Shown one piece after another: positions 33,870 through 38,320 of a stretch of 38,320 bases of DNA. The DNA comes from a virus (lineage: Duplodnaviria; Heunggongvirae; Uroviricota; Caudoviricetes), in IMG/VR virus record IMGVR_UViG_3300028797_000098, positions 1 to 38,320 of that record, one strand, 5' to 3'. The position numbers and the translations under genes are program-made. The notes beneath the pieces are model-generated. The model had not been told where the DNA came from. It saw only the letters and a program-made list of their open reading frames with translations, and did not search any database. The first letter of the stretch is position 1, and each line of letters opens with the position of its first letter.

Positions 33870-34925
33870 ATGATAGATCTGAGTGTTATAATTGCTGTTG
33901 ATGGCGATGGCCGTATTATTGAAAAGAATATTTTCCATGACCGGAAATTGGTAAGCGATCCTAGAGTGGTTGTCGAGGTTTCCGGAAGTGCAGGCATATT
34001 CATGGAACCCATGATGGAATCCGCCTCTGAATATATTGGGATTGTTTGCCCGAAGATTGCGGCAATGAAGAACGACCGGACACTTAAGATTTTCTGCGAA
34101 GCCGCTGGAAAGGATGAAGATACGTGGCCGTGTACGGTATTCGCTACCGAGAGCACTCTCCCCATTGTCCTTGATGCATGTGAATGTCATCGTCTTGTGG
34201 TTGCTGCACCCAGTAAGCGAAATGCTGACTTTACATACAGAAAGTGGCGTCTTGCCGAAACGAATTCCTTTACACCGAAGGTTGAAAACGAAACCGGCTA
34301 CGATATCATGATATATGAACCGACCGAAGAATTAATGGTGTCGGAAAGTGAACTGGATGACGAGATTGACCGAATCTGTGGCGAGATGGATTCGGAAGTG
34401 TCTGAACCTCCATCTGACGAGGATGCTGCTGCCATCGAGAAGGTTCTCGAATTTGTCAAGGGCGGCCTGCTGGTCAATGGTGACGATACTACATCGGGGT
34501 TTGACAATACTTATGAAACTGACCTTGATTCGGATGAAGTAATGAGGGATGTTACCAAGTATGTAACCAACATCCTGAGGGGATTTGTACAGATGCCGCT
34601 ATTTCAGCGGTCACTTGACGTGCAGAATGGTGCCCTTAAACGGCTGAATAAAACCGAGGAACAGGTGTCTTCGTTGCAGCAGAGCATGGACAAGTTTAGA
34701 TCCAGCATGGCTGACACAAACAATGTATGCAGCGAAGGCGTCAGGTGTGAATTGGAAGCTGTAAACCTAAAATACAATTCGGTAAACGAACGCCTTGATG
34801 GCCTCCAGACTCAGCTAGGAAATGTAATCAGGGAAAATGTGATGAACGATAGAAAGGCTACCGCGTTGCCGATAGCCATATCAATAGTTGCATTGATTCT
34901 TGCGATTGCAGGATTGTTCACTTAG
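33870..34925 (+). CDS. Degenerate DHFR-fold domain, acidic linker, coiled coil and C-terminal membrane anchor
   Basis: LSVIIAVDGDGRII...ADFTYRKW...GYDIMIYE matches DHFR strand order; ends in LPIAISIVALILAIAGLFT. Confidence 0.55.
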   Translation: MIDLSVIIAVDGDGRIIEKNIFHDRKLVSDPRVVVEVSGSAGIFMEPMMESASEYIGIVCPKIAAMKNDRTLKIFCEAAGKDEDTWPCTVFATESTLPIVLDACECHRLVVAAPSKRNADFTYRKWRLAETNSFTPKVENETGYDIMIYEPTEELMVSESELDDEIDRICGEMDSEVSEPPSDEDAAAIEKVLEFVKGGLLVNGDDTTSGFDNTYETDLDSDEVMRDVTKYVTNILRGFVQMPLFQRSLDVQNGALKRLNKTEEQVSSLQQSMDKFRSSMADTNNVCSEGVRCELEAVNLKYNSVNERLDGLQTQLGNVIRENVMNDRKATALPIAISIVALILAIAGLFT

Positions 34926-35257
34926 CCAATGTTTGCACCCAGAGAGTCGATGAGTTCTTCATCCTCTTTCTGTGAGAAATTATTGATGATGCCCGAAAGC
35001 ATGGACATGCCGATTTCCCAATCAGGACTTCCTAGCACGAGCGCCTTCTTGGCAGTAGTGTCGTAGCACATCGTATATTTTCCGTACTTGGTAATCGGAT
35101 GGTCTTTTGTGTCATAGATGCAGATGCCGATAAAGCCCGGATCGTCGTGATATGTGACAGATTGCTTTAGGTTCATGCAGAACGCCATGAAGCGTTTAAG
35201 CGCAGGAAACCTGTCTGGATACTTTTTATACTCGAAATATTCTTTTGTCACTGTCAT
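34922..35257 (-). CDS. Hypothetical protein
   Basis: 111-aa ORF coupled to the upstream GT by an ATGA overlap. Confidence 0.65.
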   Translation of the reverse strand: MTVTKEYFEYKKYPDRFPALKRFMAFCMNLKQSVTYHDDPGFIGICIYDTKDHPITKYGKYTMCYDTTAKKALVLGSPDWEIGMSMLSGIINNFSQKEDEELIDSLGANIG

Positions 35258-36147
35258 TTAGCTATCCATTCCCTGTTGCCGACTATAATATCTTTGGGCG
35301 TATAGCGTGGGCAATCGATTCCATTTGCCTTCAATAGGTATAGAAGCTCTTCACGCTTTTCTTCAAGATAGCTTATAAAAGTTTCATGGTCGTATTTGTC
35401 ATGCGGTCGTGGATGCTCATTGTGCAATACTCCGCTATTTGGCGCACATATGGGCATAACGGCAATGTCAAGATATAATGCTTCAAGACCAATAAAGCCA
35501 TCTTCCCCGCCCCATGTTCCACAAAAATCCGACATACAAAATTCTTCTCGTCCATACAGCATCTTGTTTATGGAGAATAAGAATTCCATGGCTTTACGGT
35601 TGATACCCATGTTGCATGTCCATAGGACACCGGAATCAACAAAGAATGCTTCCTTTGTAATCCGTTCGCATTTTTCAAATATTGGTATAGGGTAGGTGGG
35701 GTCCTTTTCGCGCTGGTCATGCCAGGCATATTTTGCTTCGCACCGCTTTCCGACAGTCACGATAGGTTCATCGGATTCTAGCAATTTCACATGTGCCTTG
35801 ATTAAGTCCGTGTCGGGATAGCAGTCGCCATCTATAAAGATTATGGCGTCATATTCATTCTGAATAGAGTATTTTGCCGCTAAATTTCTCACATGCGCTG
35901 CACAGAAATATGGTACATGAAAGTTCATTTGTGGACGCCCGACGAATTCAGGCAATGATGACGACACAAGCACGGTTGTTAGCTTGTTTGTATATGCTTG
36001 CTTGGTGGCGTTGATTTCGGCGAGCGATGGACGGTCGAGCACAACGAGTACGCCGTCAGGCTGTACCGATAATTTGCCGATCGACTCGTTCATTTTCTCG
36101 GCATATTGCTGTTGGTCTTTAGAAACGATTACCAATAATGTCTTCAT
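35254..36147 (-). CDS. GT-A fold glycosyltransferase (GT2/GT7-like)
   Basis: IIFIDGDC (DxD), WTCNMGI, GTWGGEDGF and VLHNEH; start re-assigned to ATG 36147, 7 nt after TGCTATATT. Confidence 0.85.
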   Translation of the reverse strand: MKTLLVIVSKDQQQYAEKMNESIGKLSVQPDGVLVVLDRPSLAEINATKQAYTNKLTTVLVSSSLPEFVGRPQMNFHVPYFCAAHVRNLAAKYSIQNEYDAIIFIDGDCYPDTDLIKAHVKLLESDEPIVTVGKRCEAKYAWHDQREKDPTYPIPIFEKCERITKEAFFVDSGVLWTCNMGINRKAMEFLFSINKMLYGREEFCMSDFCGTWGGEDGFIGLEALYLDIAVMPICAPNSGVLHNEHPRPHDKYDHETFISYLEEKREELLYLLKANGIDCPRYTPKDIIVGNREWIAK

Positions 36148-36211
36148 GATATTCAATATAGCAAAAATTTTATGATTCTCGTAATTTTTAAATAAAAATG
36201 AAGCAAAAAGG

Positions 36212-36240
36212 TTGACACGCAAAAAATAATATGTTAGTTT
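36212..36240 (+). promoter_or_regulatory. Sigma70-like promoter
   Basis: TTGACA-17-TAGTTT with TG upstream of the -10. Confidence 0.5.
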
Positions 36241-36279
36241 TCTACCATAAAGAAACAACTTATCAACAACCAGTAAACT

Positions 36280-37617
36280 ATGAGCAAACAAGAAACCGTA
36301 GATTCCAAGAAGCTCCTCAAGGCGATTGGAAAACCGACCCCGGGCACTCATTACAACAAGACCGATCTCCCTCCGGTCGAAAAACTCCTCAGCATCTACA
36401 AGCTTGACTGTAACAAGGTCTATCCGTTTTACACGACCCTCAGGGGCCTTGGATGGGTGACTGATTCGGAAGATGCATTCCGTTCAAATGTCCGCAAGCA
36501 GAGAAACCGCATGAAGAGTGCGGCGGAAAATGATGGCGACATTGCAGTCGATGACCTTGAATCTATCGTGCATCAGGCTTCCGAAGGCCAGCTTGCCATT
36601 CTCCGCAAGGACATGGCTAATGTCCAGAAGGAATTGAACGAAGCCAAGATTCAGAAGTTCATTGCGCAGGAAATCATTGATGCGATGAGTGAATCTGTGA
36701 AGCATGTGAAACCGTATCCCATTACACTCAATGTGACTAAGGTCCCTAAGGGAAATGTTGATGGCAAGTTCTTCAACATTTTGCCTATTTCCGACGTGCA
36801 TTATGGTGAATTTGTGGATGGCCGTGCAATCAATGGCCTCAACAACTATAATATGGAAATCTCCAAGAAGCGCCATGAGCTTCTTTTCAAGAAGAATTAT
36901 GAGTTTGCTTCCATATATGGCTGTGATGAACTCCATATTTTCATGCTCGGCGACATCTTTTCCGGTAATATCCATGCTGAACTTCGAGAAACTAACCAGC
37001 AGGTGATTACCGACTGTGTTTTGGACTATTTCAGCTTCATTACGGGGTTGATTAACGCTTACTCGAAGCTCTATAAGAAGATTACCATCTCCTGTGTGGT
37101 CGGAAACCATGCCCGCAACACTGACAAGTATCAGTTTAAGAACAAGGGTAAGGATTCTTACGAGTATATTCTCTATGGTTTCATGAAGAAATACTATGAC
37201 ATGCCGGAATCTCCGAAGAATGTGTCCATGAAATTGACCGATTCCGTGGTTGAGTTCACAAAAGTTGGCCAGCAGCGCTGGAAACTTGAACATGGCGACC
37301 GCTATAAGGGCGGTAGCGCATTCGTTTCCCCATTCTCTACGGTCGTTCGTGACAACTTCAAGGACAAGGGGATGTTCTCGGCTGATGAATTCCAGAATTT
37401 TGATGCTGTAATTATGGGTCACTGGCATATTGGTGGTGAAATGTCCCTTGTTGGTACCAATACGCCGGTCTATCTCAACGCCAGCATGATTGGACCGAAC
37501 GAATATGCCGTGAACAAGCTCCATAGTAGCTACCCTGCCGAAAGTTATGTCTTCATTACGGATGGCAAGAAGGTGGTTTCCAAGGGTTCCGTGAACCTGA
37601 TGGGCATCCAGCGATAA
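36280..37617 (+). CDS. Calcineurin-like metallophosphoesterase with a helical N-terminal region
   Basis: SDVHYG, LGDIF, VGNHAR, LEHGD and MGHWH motifs. Confidence 0.9.
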   Translation: MSKQETVDSKKLLKAIGKPTPGTHYNKTDLPPVEKLLSIYKLDCNKVYPFYTTLRGLGWVTDSEDAFRSNVRKQRNRMKSAAENDGDIAVDDLESIVHQASEGQLAILRKDMANVQKELNEAKIQKFIAQEIIDAMSESVKHVKPYPITLNVTKVPKGNVDGKFFNILPISDVHYGEFVDGRAINGLNNYNMEISKKRHELLFKKNYEFASIYGCDELHIFMLGDIFSGNIHAELRETNQQVITDCVLDYFSFITGLINAYSKLYKKITISCVVGNHARNTDKYQFKNKGKDSYEYILYGFMKKYYDMPESPKNVSMKLTDSVVEFTKVGQQRWKLEHGDRYKGGSAFVSPFSTVVRDNFKDKGMFSADEFQNFDAVIMGHWHIGGEMSLVGTNTPVYLNASMIGPNEYAVNKLHSSYPAESYVFITDGKKVVSKGSVNLMGIQR

Positions 37618-37636
37618 ATTGGTGAGGAGAGAGATG

Positions 37637-37666
37637 CGGCCCGGGCTAGTTCCGGGCCGTTTTTTT
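37637..37666 (+). terminator. Intrinsic terminator abutting the ligase promoter
   Basis: CGGCCCGG-gctagtt-CCGGGCCG followed by a T-run. Confidence 0.85.
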
Positions 37667-37696
37667 GTTGCCATCGGGGCCAATTTATGCTATATT
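37667..37696 (+). promoter_or_regulatory. GTTGCCA-17-TATATT promoter, ATG 6 nt downstream
   Basis: TTGCCA 37668-37673, TATATT 37691-37696, ATG 37703. Confidence 0.7.
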
Positions 37697-37702
37697 CAGG
37701 GT

Positions 37703-38320
37703 ATGATTGATTTTAATGAATACGTATCCCTAGTGGAAACTCTCAATGAATGGGCAAAGGCCTATTCCGCCGGCAATTCTATCGTCACGGACGATGTTTA
37801 TGACAAGAAATATATCCAGCTTAAGGAATTTGAAGCTGCAAATCCGGCATTCATCCTCGATAATTCACCTACTCGCCATGTGGAAGATGGCGCCGAAGGA
37901 TTCCGGAAGGTGAAACATGAAATCCCCATGATTTCCATTTCCAACTCGAACGGCATTGACGAAGCCAATCAATGGTGTACCGAAATGATACGTGAGCACA
38001 ATGTGCCCGAATTGGAACTTGAATACAAGATTGACGGTCTCGGTCTTGCCCTTATTTACAAGGATGGACAGCTGATGGATGCTGTCACCCGCGGAAAGGA
38101 CAATGTCGGCGACTCCGTGTTTGAAAATGCCCTCCGAGTAAAGGGTGTTCCTTCCAAGATTGCCATGGAGGGCAATGTCGAAATCCGTGGCGAGGTCGTC
38201 TGGAAATATGACGACTTTGAACCGATTAACGAACAGTTCGCCGCGGAAGGCAAGAAGGTGTTCGCCAACCCCCGTAACGGTGCCGCCGGTACCCTGAAAC
38301 TTCACGAACCTGATGAAGTT
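37703..38320 (+). CDS. ligA: NAD+-dependent DNA ligase, N-terminal part (runs off the window)
   Basis: Manual translation: ...IVTDDVYD...SPTRHV...VKHEIPMISISN...EYKIDG (adenylation Lys)...AVTRGKDNVG...EIRGEV...FANPRNGAAGTLK. Absent from the ORF track. Confidence 0.96.
   Translation, partial: MIDFNEYVSLVETLNEWAKAYSAGNSIVTDDVYDKKYIQLKEFEAANPAFILDNSPTRHVEDGAEGFRKVKHEIPMISISNSNGIDEANQWCTEMIREHNVPELELEYKIDGLGLALIYKDGQLMDAVTRGKDNVGDSVFENALRVKGVPSKIAMEGNVEIRGEVVWKYDDFEPINEQFAAEGKKVFANPRNGAAGTLKLHEPDEV

Noticed and set aside
1-38320. Stop-codon reassignment, as in some large phages
   Set aside because: Conserved genes are intact under the standard code and end in TAA, TAG and TGA.
1-38320. tRNA, rRNA, CRISPR or tandem guide arrays; a second in-window match to the IscB guide
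   Set aside because: None seen by eye; intergenic spaces are short and mostly explained. A tRNAscan/Infernal run would be needed to exclude them formally.
1-38320. Specific host assignment
   Set aside because: An anaerobic host is implied by nrdD/nrdG, but the taxon cannot be supported without database comparison.

Overview
This window is part of a large (jumbo, T4-like) dsDNA phage genome. It has a gp17-type terminase, class III RNR (nrdD/nrdG), a Dda-like helicase, NAD-dependent ligase, a sigma-70-family factor, IF3, NadE, an HD hydrolase, several glycosyltransferases and a tail-fibre-like gene. Three selfish nucleases are embedded. The first is a solo TnpB running off the left edge, which the ORF track misses. 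The second is a free-standing PD-(D/E)XK endonuclease between nrdD and nrdG. The third is an IscB with its omegaRNA. The most notable observations follow. (1) TnpB and the PD-(D/E)XK nuclease are unrelated in sequence but share one 5' architecture: a TATAAACT motif, then a ~93-94 nt RNA of two hairpins with perfectly complementary (kissing) loops, then a U-run and ATG. (2) A recurring GTTGCCA-N-TGCTAYATT promoter and related extended -10 boxes place ATG at the predicted +1 (leaderless mRNAs), in a phage that encodes an IF3 with a duplicated N-terminal domain. (3) The IscB element sits exactly in a TAATG stop/start overlap, so its guide and TAM can be read off, and it has no visible right-end hairpin. 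(4) The terminase and a small heat-shock protein both carry Q/Y/P-rich prion-like segments. All assignments come from motif recognition by eye; no searches or folding programs were run.
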